Source: the human T2T-CHM13v2.0 reference genome, Homo sapiens. Taken from it: a DNA stretch of 64,000 nt. The DNA lies in assembly GCF_009914755.1 (NCBI RefSeq), contig NC_060939.1; one strand, given 5' to 3'. Shown piece after piece: positions 45,805 through 62,101 of the stretch (positions are counted from its first letter, which is position 1; every line of letters begins with the position of its first letter). The position numbers were made by a program, and so were the translations under genes. The notes beneath the pieces were generated by a model. The model was not told the origin of the DNA, searched no databases, and was given only the letters and a program-made list of their open reading frames with translations.

Positions 45805-47782
45805 GGTTTGTACATTTTATGTATTGCAAGGGCTTTATATGAGTTTTAGTATTGGATAATGATTGACTCAGAGAATTAGGAAAAATCTTCCCTGTTTCCA
45901 TATGCTGGAATAAATTGTGGAAAATTGATATTATTTCTTTCTTAAATATTAGGTAGAATTCACCAGTGAAATTATGTGGGTCTCAGGCTTTCTTTTTGGA
46001 ATATTCTTAATTATTCAATTATATATATGTATATCCAAATAGATAATATATCCAAATTATCTATTTTTTGTGTGTGAGTTTTGGTAGCTTGGATCTTTGA
46101 AAGAATTGACCTATTTCATTTATATTACAAAATATATGGGCACATGATTTATTTATTTTCTCAGTTTTAAATTTATATGTGGCATTTTTTGAATCAATTT
46201 TTAAATTTTCAATAACCTTTTTGCTTTCTCATATATTTATATTTTATTTCTTTAAATATTTTAATAATGATTTTAATCAGTTTCTAATTCAAAACTGGTG
46301 GCTTTTGGTTATCTAAAACTATTGGTCATTTTAATTTATTTTGTTTGCTTTTATCTTATTTTTTGAAAATAGTTTGCCTACTTTAAATAATATTTAATAT
46401 AAATTTAAATATAAGGTCTCCCTTTCTTGATGTGTCAAAATCCTTGAAGCCTAAATTGGCTATAACTCATAAGAAGAAGTCCCAAATTTTACTCTTTTTT
46501 AGTGTACCTAGATTAATTGAACCTGGATTTTCAGTAAATTAGCTACCCTAGCTTATGGACATCTAAAGGCTGAATTCCCAGATCATTATGCTGATATAGG
46601 CAGTTGTTTTCAGTCTAATTCCCTAATTTCGTATATCCTTACTTCTCACTCTAGTTTCTGCTTATAATTATCTTCAGCTGTCTGGAGAATCCATTTATTT
46701 CTTGCAAGCTAAAAATATGCATCATAAATATTTGTTTAGGGTGTCTCAAAATAGATTTTCTTAAATAATTTGATAAGCAAAATCTTACCTTCGTTAAAAT
46801 GTAAACTACAGAAAATAAAACTAAATAATACGTAGTAGGAGGTAGGGACTAAACAAATACATTTAGAAAACAGATAGAACTGAGAGAAAAATTTATAAAG
46901 ATGGCATGTTTACTACAGTCATGTTATATATATTTTGTTGTCCATACAGAGAAAATAGCTAAAAAACGAATTATAGATCTTCTTATAATTGTATGTCACA
47001 AGCTAGATATTACTTACACACTGAAATATATGAACTTTATTGCTACTAAAATATCTTTCAAAAAATGGAATTTCTGAATATTTCTTTGTTAGTTTTGTTC
47101 TTGCAGCTAGTTTATTTTTATTTTTTTGAGAAGTTCAGTATGACCATGCAAAGTAAAAGCTGATTTTACGATCAATCACCTATATTTTATCATGAAATAA
47201 TTAGTCAATATTACACACACGAATTATTTAGAGTGATGAATCTCTACATATGTCAAGCAGTGATAGCATGTGACCTTCTCAGCTTGAAAGACATTTGTGT
47301 TAAGTATCAAGCAAATGTTATTAAAAATAAAAGTGGAGATTTTATGCTAGGTAAAATTTCTATAGCAAAGGAGATTACATAAATCAAATTATTTCAAAGG
47401 CTGTGATAGAGTCCTAAATAATAAATAACCTTACATCAATTAGGAAACTGGTAAATTTTGTATTTTTTGTGTTACCAAAATTCCCTAGAAAAGAAAATGA
47501 GACTTTCAGTAAAATTAATTTTCCCAATTTCAGTGTAAATTATAAAGTTTATGATCTAAATGAATATATTAAGTTGCATGTTTGAAAAACTTTAAAAATA
47601 TGTTTGTAATAAAACTATACCTAAAAGAAATTGTTTATTTACATAAAATACACTATATTAAAGATATTATTTTATCATAATCGGGTGGCTACTGCAAGCC
47701 AACTTGGAAATTGTGTCCCAATTGTTTTCAAGTAAATGGCTGGAATTAGAAGGTCAAAACTGACTATAAAAGGATGATGCTT

Positions 47783-48156
<374 letters not shown>

Positions 48157-50928
48157 TTATCACTTTGTAAAGAGAATTACACCTCAGTGCTTTATAAAAT
48201 ACTTGCTTAGTTAGGAAAATGAAGAGGACAACAGAGCTTTATCTTCCATATTTTCTAGGGTAGAAAACATGATAAAAGTATGTTTAACTCTCCAATTAAT
48301 AAAATGTGATCAATCATAAATATATATATATGAACATGTTCTTTGTAAAATTTCATGTATTTCTTGCCAATATTTATTTTTCAATTTGACTTCTAAGTAA
48401 AATTTATATTTTTATTTTTAAGAAGAAACATTGCAACAATATTTGGAAAGTTTGGTATGGTTAGATAGACATTAAATTCTACAGTTTTACTTGCCATCCG
48501 GCCGGATATTAAAATAACATTTAACTATGCATGTAGAGATGCCTGGGTTCGTCTAGGATGTTCATTACTTCATCTGTCATTTTATTCCATTAGTAAACAA
48601 CCTGATAACGCTTTTTTTCAAAACCAGAGCAAGAATGTACTACATAGACGGCCTTCTAGGTTATGTTTCAATGTTTGTATTGGAAATAACTTTTTCCAAC
48701 CAATAATTTAAGTAGAATTATACAAAGAATAAATATTAGTACAGATTGTAGCTCTGTTTCAATGTACTATATCCATGCTAATTAATATTATGGGTAGACG
48801 GCTTACAAACGATACACTAATATAAAAGCAATTCACATTAACTTTAAATTTATGACATTTCTCATAAATGTTCTGACTAAGAGATTTCTATAAATTTTTA
48901 TAGTATTATGTAATGACTAGTCACCCATTTAATGCTTGTTGTTTTGGTTCAGATATGTCATATTAGAGAAGTCTCCTTGTTGATTGTCAAATATTTTCTC
49001 TCTGAAAGAAACTGAGATACAATTTTCTGGAAGGATAATCAGAATGATACATTTTTAATTCATTTATTTTAATTTTGTTATTAAATATAGAATGGTCAAG
49101 AATTTTGAAAGGTATTATAAATTTCAAATTAAATATACATAAAATTTACATAAAAAGCACGTAATAGGATCCATTATACACCAGAAAATGTCCCTAAATT
49201 CCAAGAAAATAAAAATGAACAGATATGAACTCTATTCTACAGAAACACAATGTACTGAAGTGAGGAGGCATATACACAATGCACTGTAACAAAAGGCAAA
49301 TTCCTCGGGACACAGAGAAAAATGAGCATTTACAAGAGGAAAATATTATTCTCATTTGGGTGGTGTATATGTCTATAAGTATCATGGTGGGGTGGAGGAG
49401 GTGACTACTGAACTGTGTCTTGAAAGATTCATAATACATATGAATATGATAAAAGTGCATTCAGAAAAAAGCTAAGACATACCACAAGAACTTTGTGAGA
49501 GAATAGTGACAAAAACTGAATAATAGTGAAAGGCTTTAAAGATTAAAAATGCAAATTGTGTCATAGTATTAAGAAAAAATACAAATTTATTAAAAATAGG
49601 TACATGAAAAACATATACAGAATCATAGACTTTTAGCACATACCAAAATATACACAATAGCTTGCACATAGTCGGTACCAAATAATTGCTCAATAAAACA
49701 GATGAATTTATTTATTTTATTAGATTATATGGCTCTATGATCTTGAAACTTATTAAAGATTATGTACTTTTTAGGCACGAACTGAGATTGATTTGCTTTG
49801 TATACCTAGTAACCATTACTATCCCTGAAACATTAGAGTCCTTAAATAAATGTTTGCTAAAGATTGTTAAATGGATTAAAATTTGTGCTTGACTTATTGT
49901 GGAAGCTACTGTAGTTCAGCTAATGTAAGATAGAATATACACTGATTTGATTTTATGTAAATAAACCAATAAATCATTTGTAAGATTGCTGAAGAACATC
50001 CTCAATCTCTGTCCCAGAAAATTTTACTACCTTTTAAAAGAACACATTATTTTTGTGTAAAATATTATTAACCTTTAATCATGACGAGTTGAAAGAAGAC
50101 ATTTACATGGTGGTCTCTTGGGAAGCTGGGTAGACAATGTGTATCTGTAGAGGAGGATAAAACCCAGAACTCCTAGCAGTCTCTTGTTCTGACACTGTCT
50201 ATATACTGTATTCCCCTTGCCCCTGTGGTTTTCCACGTATGAATTGAGTTTACATTGCTTGGACTATAATTGCTCATCCCTACCACAGTTACTTTATTAG
50301 TTTAGCTATACTATTGGGAAGATGATTTTTCATCATGGTTATACAAATTTGTTTATAAGCCTATTTAACTCAAATTTAAATTATGCTGCTGTGGGTAAAA
50401 ATAGTAACAAGTACTTTTTCATGGATTTCTTCAGAGACTAACTAAAATGATCAATCAGCGTGTCCAAGAAAATATGAGAAAATTTATCTTTCAGAAATGT
50501 TTTGTATGAAATTCTCAAATGCTTCAAAGGCTTACAACTTTACATGAAATGATTAAAGACAGATTTAAAAACAAGAACAAAATCCACAATTATTATCCAC
50601 ATTACTTTTGAGTACTGTTAATACAGCCATTACAGAGACCTCCAGATAGAAGGAATGATAGTATCTAAATAATAGAAATAGGATGATTAAGTTGCATTTA
50701 TTTAAAAACAAGTCTTTTTGGTTGGAAATAGGATGTATAAAAAAGCTCAATACCAAAATTTAGATGAGATGTACATTTATTGGAGAGAATAAAATTGTTG
50801 AGATAGTTTTTAACAACAAAAAAAAACCCAGAAAGCATACAAAACAAACAAATAAAAACCTGAATTAGAGCTTTGGACTTCCTCAAATCACATTATTTGT
50901 AGTGGATTGGTTGACTCCATTTTAAGAT

Positions 50929-53900
50929 GGAGGAGACGAACAAGATGGCCGACTAGACACAGCCAGGAAGTGCCACTCCTCTCAAGAGAGGCCAAATTAT
51001 TAGGTAAACCACCATAATTTGAACAGGTATTCAAGGAGAAAATGCTGAAAGTGGATGGAGAGGCAAGGTCGAAGCCAAGACTGAAGAGGCAGGAAGCTGG
51101 AAACCCTGAGTTAGCTACCCAAATGCCAGGGCTAATTCCTGGCCCCAAACAATTCCGGTAAAGGACTGAATGAAGGAACTGAGGGATGGTTCACTCTTGC
51201 CATGAGCATTTGATTTTCTAGCTACAAGGGACCTTACGCGACCATGGATGTGTGAGCTGGCAGGGGGATCTCCCTGGGGAGCAGGCAGAGACAGACTTTG
51301 GACAGCACAGAGCCCAGGAGCTTTTGTGTGCTGGACTGCTGCAGGCAAGAGCAGCCATAGATGCCCATTCCCCAGGGATTTCCATTCTCCTCTGGGAGGC
51401 ATGGACCCCTACTGACCTCCAAGCCAGGAGAGAGTTGGGCCAGCTTTCCTGCACGACTGGGGTGCATCTACTCTGCAAGCCCTTCTGCCTACCAGCCCTT
51501 CCCAGGGTCCATGCCTAGCTGCCCTGTAGGAGCAGGTGCATAGTGCAGCCCTGGAAGGTCAGCCTGAGTGTGTAGTTGCACCCACATATTTTCTTCATGA
51601 CCCTGGAGCACACTGTATCCCCCAGTGGAGCAAGAACCCAAACCCAAGCCATGGGATATCCCAGTGTCCCCAGGGCTGTAGTGTGCAGCTTGGGAGTATG
51701 GAACCAAGATTTGTGGCTGGCACTCAAACAGAGAAAGAGCCCCCAATCTCAGAGCCATGAGAGGGGTGAGATGCACGGATTCCTGAGCTGGGGTAAGAGT
51801 GGAACATGCCTCCCTTCTCAGGTCCAGTCCAAAAAGCATGTGGCATATCTCCCTGCCACAGCTTCTGCCCAAGAAGACCATGTGGCTCAGAAAAACTAAC
51901 AAAAGAAATGTGGGCACAGCACCAGCTATCAGAGGGAGCTCTCTCAAGTTTTACAAGCAGATCTGTTGAGGGAACCGTATCACTCCATATCACTGCAGAG
52001 CATATCTGTGAACTCAAGAAGTACAAAAAAGCCCTGTGACCAGGTATTAACCTAGCTACCAGTCATTACTGTTAAACCTCATTCACTGGATTGCCACCCA
52101 AACTACAACACCTAAATTTTATTCTGCTAATATATACAGCTGTGAAACCAAGTCAAAAATTTACCCACACATAAAGATTCTGTAAGAGCCCTGGGCCTCT
52201 AAAAGCATTCAGAAATTAAGCCAACTGACTATTCTCAACTTACACCACAGTTAAAGAAATGCCAACCCTCCCAGATGAGAAAGAATTAGCACAAGAACTC
52301 TGGCAATCCAAAAAGTCAGAGTGTACCCTCACTTCCAAATGATCCACTAGCTCCCCAGCAATGGTTTCTAACCAGTCTGAAATGACTGACATAACAGACA
52401 CAGAATGCAGAATCTGTGGCCAGGAAACCCATTGAGATTCAGGAGAAAGTGAAATTCAGTGCAAGGAATTCAAATAATTTAGTAAAGCAATCCAAGAGCT
52501 GAATGATAAAATAGCCATTTTCAGAAATAACCAAACTTAAATTCTAGAGCTGAAAAACTCACTATCAGAATTTTATCAAATAATCAGTAGTATTAGCAGC
52601 AGAATAGACCAAGCTGAGGAAATAATCTCAAAACTTGAAGACTTGTTCTTTAAGTCAACTCAGACAAAAATAAGGAAAAAAATGGGAAAAAAAAGTGAAA
52701 CCTCCAAGAATATGGGATTTTGTAAAGCGAAAAAATCTATGACTCATTGTCATTCCTGAGAGAGGAGAGAGAATACGCAACTTGGAAAATATATTTGAGG
52801 ATACAGTTCATGAAAATTCCTCTTATCTCTTTAGGGAGATTTACATACAAATCCAAGAAACACGCAGAACCCCAGATAGATATGACATGAAATGACTACC
52901 TCCAAGGCACATAGTACAATATTCATCAAGGTCAACACTAAAGAAAAAAGTCTTAAAGGCAGGGTAAAGTCACATACAAGGAACTTCATCAGGCTAGCAG
53001 CAGACCTCTCAGCAGTATCTTACAAGTCAGAAGAGATTGGTAGCTTATTTTCAGCATCCTTAAAGAAAATAAATTTTAACCAATAATTTCATATCCCACC
53101 AAACTAAGCTTAAAAGTGAAGTGAAGCAAATGCTAAGGGAATATGTTTCAACTAGACTAGCCATACAAGAGGTCCTTAAGGGAGTGCTAAACATGGAAAA
53201 GAAAGAATGACAGTCATACCACAAAAGCTCATTTAACCACATAGCACACAGGCGCCATAAAGCAACCACATAATCAAGTCTACATAACAATCAGCTAGCA
53301 ACATGATGACAGAATTAAAATCACAGATACCAATACTAACCTTGAATGTAAATGGGCTAAATGCTCCACTTAAGAGACACAGAGTGGCAGGCTGGATAAA
53401 TGACCCAACCATCTGTTATCTTCAAGAGACCTATTTCACATTAAGAACAACCACAGGCTCACAGCAAAAGAATGGAGAAAGAGCTACCATGTGAACAGAA
53501 AGCAAAAAAGAGCAGAAGTTGCTATTCTTATATAAAATAGACTTTAAACCAATAAAAATTAAGAACAATGAAGGGCATTACATAATGATAAAGGGTACAA
53601 TCAAACAAGAAACCTTAACTGTACTAAATATATATACACTCAATATTGGAGCACCCAGATTCATAAAACAAGTTCTTCATTGCCCATGAAAACACTTAGA
53701 CAACCAAACAATAACAGCAGGAGACTTCACCACCCCACTGACAGCACTAAACAGATCATTAAGGAAGAAAACTAACAAACTCTGGACATAAACTCAACAC
53801 TTTAACAATTGGACCTAATAGACATCTACAAAATACCCCAGGTAATATCCACAGAATATATATTCTTCCCATCTGCACATGGAACATATTCTAAGATCAA

Positions 53901-56900
53901 CCACGTGCTTAATCATAAAGCAAGTCTCAATAAATTCAAAAAATTGAAATTATACCAAGCAAACTCTTGGACCACAGTGAAATAAAAATAGAAATCAAAA
54001 TCAAGAAGACCTCTCAAAACTACACAAATATAGGGAAATTAAACAACTTACTCCTGAATAACTCTTAGGTGAACATCAAAATAAAGGTAGATTTAAGAAA
54101 AATTCTTTGAAATATTGAAAACAGGAATATGACTTACCAAAATCTTTGAGATGCAGCCAAAGCAGTGTTAAGAGGAAAGTTTATTTCCCTAAATGCAGTA
54201 ATCGAGAAGTTAGAAAGATCTCAATTTAGCAATCTAACTTTGTACCTAAAGGAACTAGAAAAGAAAAAGCTAGCAGAAGAAAAAAATAACTAAAATTAGA
54301 GAACTTACTGAAATTGAGATAGAAAAATCCATAGAAAAAATAATAAAAAAGCAAGAGTTTGTTCTTTGAAAAGATGAACAAGATGGATAGACTGCTATTT
54401 AACAGCTAGATTTACAATGAAAAAAAGAGAAGTATAGTCAGAAATAACAAAGATAATATAACTGATCCCACAGAATTACAAAAGTTTCCCATAGAATACC
54501 ATGAACAACTCTATGCATACAAATTAGAAAATCTGTAGATGAAATTGATAAATTCTTAGAAACACACAGTCTCTAATTGAATCAGGAAAAGATTGAAGCA
54601 TTGAATAGTGAAATATCTCACTCTGAAATTGAATCATATGTAATAAAAAAAAACTACCACCAACCAAAAAAGTCCTAGACCAGACGGATTCACAGTCAAA
54701 TTCTGCCAGATATACAAAGAAAAACTGGTACCAATTCTACTGAAGCTATTACAAAAAAAGGAGGGAATCCTTTCAAACTCAATCTCTGGCAGAAACACAA
54801 TGAAGAAAGAAAACTTGAGGCCAATGTCCATGATGAACACAGACAAAAAATTCTCAACAAAATATTGATAAACTGAATCCAGCAGCATATAAAACAGTTA
54901 ATTCACCACGATACAGTAGGCTTTATTCCTGGGATGCAAGGTTGGATCAACATATGCAAATCAATAAATATGATTCGCCGCATAAGCAGATTTAAACACA
55001 AAAACTATCTGATCATCTCAAAAAATGCAGAAAAACTTCAATAAAATTCAACATCACTTCATGATAAAAACCCTCAACAAACTAGACATCAAAATAATAT
55101 GACTCAAAATAATAAGAGTCGTCTATAGCAAACCCAGAGCCAACATTATACTGAATGGGCAAAAGCTGGAAACATTCCCCTGGAGAACTGAAAAAAAGGC
55201 AAGCACTCTGACCATTTCATATTCAACGTAGTAGTGGAAGTCAGAGCCAGAGCAATCAAGCAGGAGAAAGGCTACTGGAACTAATAAATGATTTTAGCAA
55301 AGTTCCATGATACAAAATCAATGTAGAAAACATTAGTACCATTTATATGTGCCAATAACATCCAGGCTGAGAGTCATATTAAGAACACAATCACATTTAC
55401 AATAACCACAAAGAAAATGAAACAGCTGAGAGTACAGGTAACCAAGAAGGTGAAAAATCTCTACAAGGAGAACTAGAAAACAATGCTGAAAGAAATCAGG
55501 TGACATAAATAAGTGGGAAAACATTCCATACTCATGGAATGTTTTAATGTTTCATAGAAATGAAAAATCAATATCACTGAAATGGCCATACTGCCCAAAG
55601 CAATTTACAGATGCAATGCTATTCCTATCAACCTATCATAGAATTAGAAAAACTATTCTAAAATTTATGTGGAACCAAAAAAGAGCCCAAATAGCCAATG
55701 CAAACCTAAGCAAAAAGAACAAAGCTGGAGGCCTTACACTATCAACTTCAAACAATAAGGCTACAGTGAAAAAACAGCATAGTACTGATACAAAAACAGA
55801 CACATAGACTAATGGAACAGAATAGAAAGCTAAAATATAAAGCTGCTCACTTACAACCATCTGATTTTCGACAAGGTCCATGAAAACAAGCAATAGGGAA
55901 AGGATTTGCCATTTGATAAATGTTTCAGGTTAACTGGCTTGCCATAAGCAGAAAAATGAAACCAAATTCTTATCTTTCACTAATACAAATATTTACTCAA
56001 GATGGATTAAATATTTAAATGTAAGATCTCAAACTATAAAAGCACTAGAGTAAAACCTAGGAAATACTCATGTCAGCACTGGCCTTGGCAAATAATTTTT
56101 GGCTAAGTCCCCAAGCAATTGCAACAAAAACAAAAATTGACAAGTGATACCTAATTAAACTAAACAGCTTCTGCAGAGCAACAGAATAAGCAGACAACCT
56201 ATGGAATGGGAGAAAATATTCATTAACTATGTATCTGTATTAGTCTGTTTTTACACTGCTTATAAAGCATTACTTGAGACTGAGTAATTTATTTAAAAAA
56301 AAAAAAGATGAGGTTTAATTGACTCCCAGTTCCCCATGGCTGGATAGGACTCAGGAAACTTACAGTTATGGCAAAAGGTCAAGGGGAAGAAGGCACTTCT
56401 TACCTGGTGGTAGGAGACAGAGAGCAAGAAAACAAGGAAGTGCCACACTTTAAAACCATCAGCTGTTGTGAGAATTCACCCACTGTCATGAGAACATCAT
56501 GGGGGAAACTGCCCCCATAATCCAATCACCTTCCACCAGGTCCCTCCTGGGACATGTGGGGATTACATTTTGAGATGAGATTTGCGAGTGTCACAGAGCA
56601 AAACCATATCAGCATCCAACAAAGGTCTAATATTCATAATCTACTTAAATCAACAGATTAAAAGCAAATAACTCCATTAAAAAATGGACAAAGGACATGG
56701 ACAGGCACTCCTCAATAGAAGACATATAAATGGTCAACAAGCATGAAAAAAACGCTCATCATCGCTAATCATCAGAGAAATGCAAATCAAAACCACAATG
56801 AGGTACCATCTTACACCAGTCAGAATGACTATTATTAAAGAGTCAAAAAACAACAGATGGTAAAGGGAATCCTCATTTGTAGTTTGTAGGAATGTAAATT

Positions 56901-57472
56901 AGTTCAGCCACTGTAAAAGGCAGTCTGGAGATTTCTCAAAGAACTTAAAACAAGGCTACCATTGAACCCAGTCATCCTATTTCTTGGTATGTACTCAAAG
57001 GAACATAGATCATTCTACCAAAAGACACATGCATATAGATGTGCATCACAGCTCTATTCACAATAGCAAAGACATGGATTAACCTAGGTGCCCATCAACA
57101 ATGAATTGCATAAAGAAAATGTGATACATATACATCATGGAATACCATGCAGCATAAAGTATAATGAAATCATGTCCCATGCAGCAACATAGATGGACCT
57201 GGAGGCCATAGTCCTAAGCAAATTAATACAGGAACAAAAAGCAAAACTCCACATATTCCCATGTATATGTTGGAGCTAAACATTAAGCACACATGAAAAT
57301 TAACATGGGAACAATAGATACTGCACACAACTAGACAGAAAAGGGAGGAAAGTGGCACAGGTTAAAAAACTACCTACTGAGTACTATGCTCACTACTTGG
57401 GACCAATATACCCATGTAACAATCCTACACATGTGTCTCCTGTATCTAAAATAAAAGAGTAATTTAAAAAAA
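50929..57472 (+). mobile_element. Near full-length old primate L1 (L1PA15/16 or L1PB-like), dead
   Basis: 5'UTR caagatggccgactagacacagccagg; ORF1 and ORF2 remnants (ILTLNVNGLNAPLKRHRVAGWI); 3' end tactatgctcactac...atctaaaataaaag. Confidence 0.92.
56236..56611 (-). mobile_element. THE1 (THE1D/MSTA-like) solo LTR nested in the L1
   Basis: tgtattagtctgttt...aggtttaattgactc...caaaaccatatca; 5-bp TSD gtatc/gcatc. Confidence 0.92.
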
Positions 57473-57924
57473 TAGGCAAATGACTGAAGGAAGTGAGAAG
57501 ACATATTCTGAAATCCTGAGAGTGAAAGTTGGGGAAAGGGGTGGAGAGAGAAGCGTGATTGATGGTGGTGATGAGGAGAGGATGATAATCAATAGGTTAA
57601 TGAAGAGCACACATTCTAAAGGAAATCACTCAAGAAACGAAGGAAGATTTCATACAAATACTCCCTTATGATTGAAAACGAATGATATTATTACAACAAT
57701 TTAAGTTGGAAAAAAAGATATAGGGTTTAAAAAGCCATGCAATTTGAAAAAATAAAAAGTAAATTTGAGAAGCTTACAACAAAAGTAAAATATTATAACC
57801 ATTACGGAAATTAAAGTCACATGAGTAGGCTGCCTCAGAGCATATAGTACATTCCATTGGAAAGATGGTCCTGCCATAACATATAGCATCAAGTTAAAGC
57901 AGGAGAATAAAATTATATGATCAA

Positions 57925-58395
57925 GTGTGGTAGTAGTTTTCCATTGCTACATAACCCATCACCACATACGTAGTTGCTTAAAACAAGACAACACAAAACA
58001 ACACGGAAATTACTATTTCTGTGGGTCCAGAGCCCAGCCCTGAGTTATGTAGGTCTTCTGCTAAGGAGCCCATCATTCTGCCATTAAGGCACTGGCTTCC
58101 TGTAGTTCTCATCCAGTTGCTGGCAAAGTTCAGTTCATTACAGGTGTAAGACTGAGGTCTCTGTGTTGTTGCAGGCTGTTGGCCACGCCCTGTGACAACA
58201 TGGCTGCTTACTCAAAACCAGCAGAAGCATCTCTCTCCAGTGGGCTAGGAAGAAGTCTTATGTAGCTTTATATACTCATGAGAGTAACTATCCCTCATAG
58301 TCACAGGTCTGCTCATCCTTGGTGTTGGAATTACATGGGACATACACACCAGGGGGTGAAACTCTTAGAGGTCATCTTAGAATTCTGCATACACA
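57925..58395 (-). mobile_element. MLT1-family LTR
   Basis: gttgcttaaaacaa...tttctgtgggtc...gactgaggtc...ggtcatcttagaattctgc. Confidence 0.8.
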
Positions 58396-60291
58396 AATTA
58401 CAAAATGGAGAGAAATGACAAGAAAAGCAATATGTACTATAAATTTGATGTTTCCGAAGAAAAGAGCAAAACAAATAAAATATGAATTTTTGACTTTAAG
58501 ATGATAGAGAACTTTTGACTTCTTTCTCCTTCAAAAAACACACAGAACAAGAAGGAGACACAGTAAAGAATTAGCTGAAGTCTCATTCTCTAACTTGTGA
58601 GTGAAAAAGCCTCAAACAATTGCAGAAACTAGTAAGAAACAAGCAATTCAACTTTGCAGAACAAATGAATTTAGGAATGAGCACTAGTACTACTGTAGTT
58701 GGTGGTGGCTGGTGTGAAAGTTCACAGAAGAAACAAAGAGCTTCCATTTCCCAATTACATCCCATGGAGTCCAGTACCTGTTCTTTCTAGAATGAGGCAT
58801 AAGGCTAGATATTTATTCTCTGGAGAAATATGTCAAGAGAAGGGCCAGGTGTAGGGACACAATTCACAAAACAAGAGAATAAGGTCTACCAAACAGAAGG
58901 GTAAAATCTCACTGTACTTACATTAATTGTAAATCACTCTCATAACTTCTTCTGTTCAGATCCATACACTGGTAGTAATAAGTATAGAGAAATTCACAAG
59001 CAGACATGTAACATCACCCAAATACCATCTCCAATAAGTTTTACAGTTCCTCTATCTTAAAAATGAATAGACAACCGAGATTTGACAGTAACCTCAAACA
59101 TGAAAGGCAGGGATCAAGGTAAAAATAATAATAATAATAATTACAAGTAAATCTATAATAAAAGATACAATACAGGCCTGGGAAAAAACTTTTAAAAATG
59201 ATACGCAGTTATGTTCAGAGAGAGAAAATCTATAACACCTATACATCTCAAAGGTAGAGGAAGCTGTAACAAGTAAAAAAATTCAAAAAATAAAATACAT
59301 AAAAGCTTTTGAACATTAAGAAATACAATTGCTAAAGGAAAACAAATCAGTAAGAAGAATTGAAGTCCAGTATATTTTTGGAATAAATAGCCAAAACTGA
59401 TCAAAATGGAGGCCTCTAGGGTGGAAGACTTTCCACAGAAATGCTCCATGCTGGATGGAAGGCAGTGAGGCAGTGACGGCTAAATTCTGACAGAAAGGAA
59501 TGTGACCCTAGAATTCTGAAGCCAGTCATGTGTTCTTGCAAGTGTAATGGAAGAAAACACCGAGGAGCTTTACTTCTCACTCTTGACTTGAAAACACGTC
59601 AAGCCAGACAGAAATTAAAATAACAGACTCAAGAATGTGAAGATTCAGTGAAATGAATGATGCTGAAAATTACCCTCTATTTAAATATTGAAATTAAATT
59701 AGAATGAAACAAAATCTTTGTCAATCATGGTTAAAGGAGAATAACTGTTTAAAGCATTGGCAATGTAAACTTAACAATATAACAAAATAAATCGATCCAT
59801 ATGGAGAATAGAGGTACAAATATTATATCCTCTTCTATTAAATATGAATATGAAGTCACTATTTCAAGTTGAATTGTAGAAAAAATGACACAATACTCTT
59901 ATTTTTATCTTCTGTTTTTGTTGCTTTTGCTGTTTTTAATTTAGAACTACATTTTAGAATTAAATTTTTTTGTGCCAGAATAATTTTTGCTATAATTTTA
60001 CTTCTGCTTTATTATATTCATTAAATTAAATATTATAAAAGTAAAAATAACGTAGTGTGGTACAGAATCTCATTTGTGGGATTGTATGAATTGATCTATT
60101 ACTCTGTTTATTTACATGTCTATTCATATGTCTGTCTCCACAGAGAAATATGAAGAATGCTGTTCACTAAATAATAACAATGTGTGTATTTTGGTTTCAT
60201 TTCTGAGTAGCAGGATTTTGGTAATTGTTTAGTGGCCTTTTATTACTCTTCTATAGAAAGCTTGCCCTAATGTTGTAACAACAACACGTGA

Positions 60292-60588
<297 letters not shown>

Positions 60589-61711
60589 AAACATGAAATT
60601 TTTACTTTTATTTTTGAAAAAGACATGTTGATTGAACTCCTTTACAATCAGTCTTAGCAATTGCAAGAGCTAGCTGATTCAAGAGTAATGAAACAATCAG
60701 ATTATTTAAATGGGGTGGAAGCATGATGCCCTGGAATATGAGCATTTGCTAATCCTGCCACACTAGTGTTTATCCCAGGTAATCTCTAGAAAGACATTTG
60801 TCTATCCTTATGCCCTAAAAATGTTATGAATAGAGAACACATAAAAACTTCGTAGATGTCAAATTTTTAGTGATAATACCATTTTTACAGCCTAACTCAT
60901 TATGTGGTAGGTGTTCTGGCCCACTTAGGTAGCCTCTGCTTCTCTTTTCGACAGTAATAAACCTGAAGTTGGAAGAGTCTACAGCACTGCAGAGCTGAGT
61001 AGAGGAGACTAATTATTTTACCTCCTCTTGGGCCATATTGGACTCTTATCTAGGATTGTATGTATCAATAAGCTTTTCCACTTCTACCACTGTATTCTTT
61101 TCTTTAGATGACCTTCATCTTTGTTTTGGTATAAAGTCTCCTCATACTATGCAAGCAGCCACTTTCTGCTGAATGCTCCCCACTTACTCAGTCAACTGCC
61201 CCCCTCACTCCCAGTTTGTGTTAGATAGTGCCTTCTCTCATTACACCCTGTGTTTAAGTTGACTACTTCTTATATGAAAATATACATCAGCTGCCTTTTT
61301 CATGTCTTTCTGCTCAATTAGATTTTGAAATCCCAGAGAAAAATAAGTCATATTCTCAACTTTCGCCTGTGTTTATTGCCCTAGTCTATACATCTGACTG
61401 CTTCATTGTGTGCCCAACACACAATCCAAACTAACCTAATAATAGACGTGGAATTCTACTACACAACCAGTGAGTTTAATGAGCTGCAAATAAAAGGACC
61501 ATGTTGCTTCTTCCCCCCATTAAATTTCATCCTTTATAGCTGTTTTGGCTATCACTGATTTTCATGTGTTCAAATTCAGATGTTTGCATAGTAAAATGAA
61601 AATGTTCCATAAAAGGATTACTTTATTCTTAATTGGTTGTTTCCATTTTAGTCAGAGATGAGTGAAGAGGCAATGCCCACTAAACTTTCTCTGCTACTGA
61701 AGAAGACAACT

Positions 61712-61829
61712 AGGCTGAGGTGGCAGGATTGTTGGGTCCAGAAGTTTGAGGCTGCAGTGAGCCAGATTACACCACTGCACTCCAGCCTAGGAGACAAAGC
61801 AAGACCTTGTCTCAAAAAAAAAAAAAAAG
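61712..61829 (+). mobile_element. Alu right-arm fragment (AluJ/FRAM)
   Basis: aggctgaggtggcaggattg...gcaagaccttgtctcaaaa. Confidence 0.85.
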
Positions 61830-62101
61830 TCTTTTTATATATCAACATGTATGTTAATTTTTGCAAAAGGTTTATTAAACCACATTATTCTTATTTTATG
61901 GATAAGAAAACTGATAGAGAGTTTAGATAACTTCTAAGTATCCTCCCATTCATAGATTGGGACGCTACTATCTGAATTTAGATCTTTTGATACAAAGTTT
62001 ATTTCTTCAGTCATATTCTGGAATAGTTATTATATAAAAAGTAGACAAAATGGCAGATTTAACTTTCACCTTCAGTAATTTTTGAAAAGATTATGGAAGT
62101 G

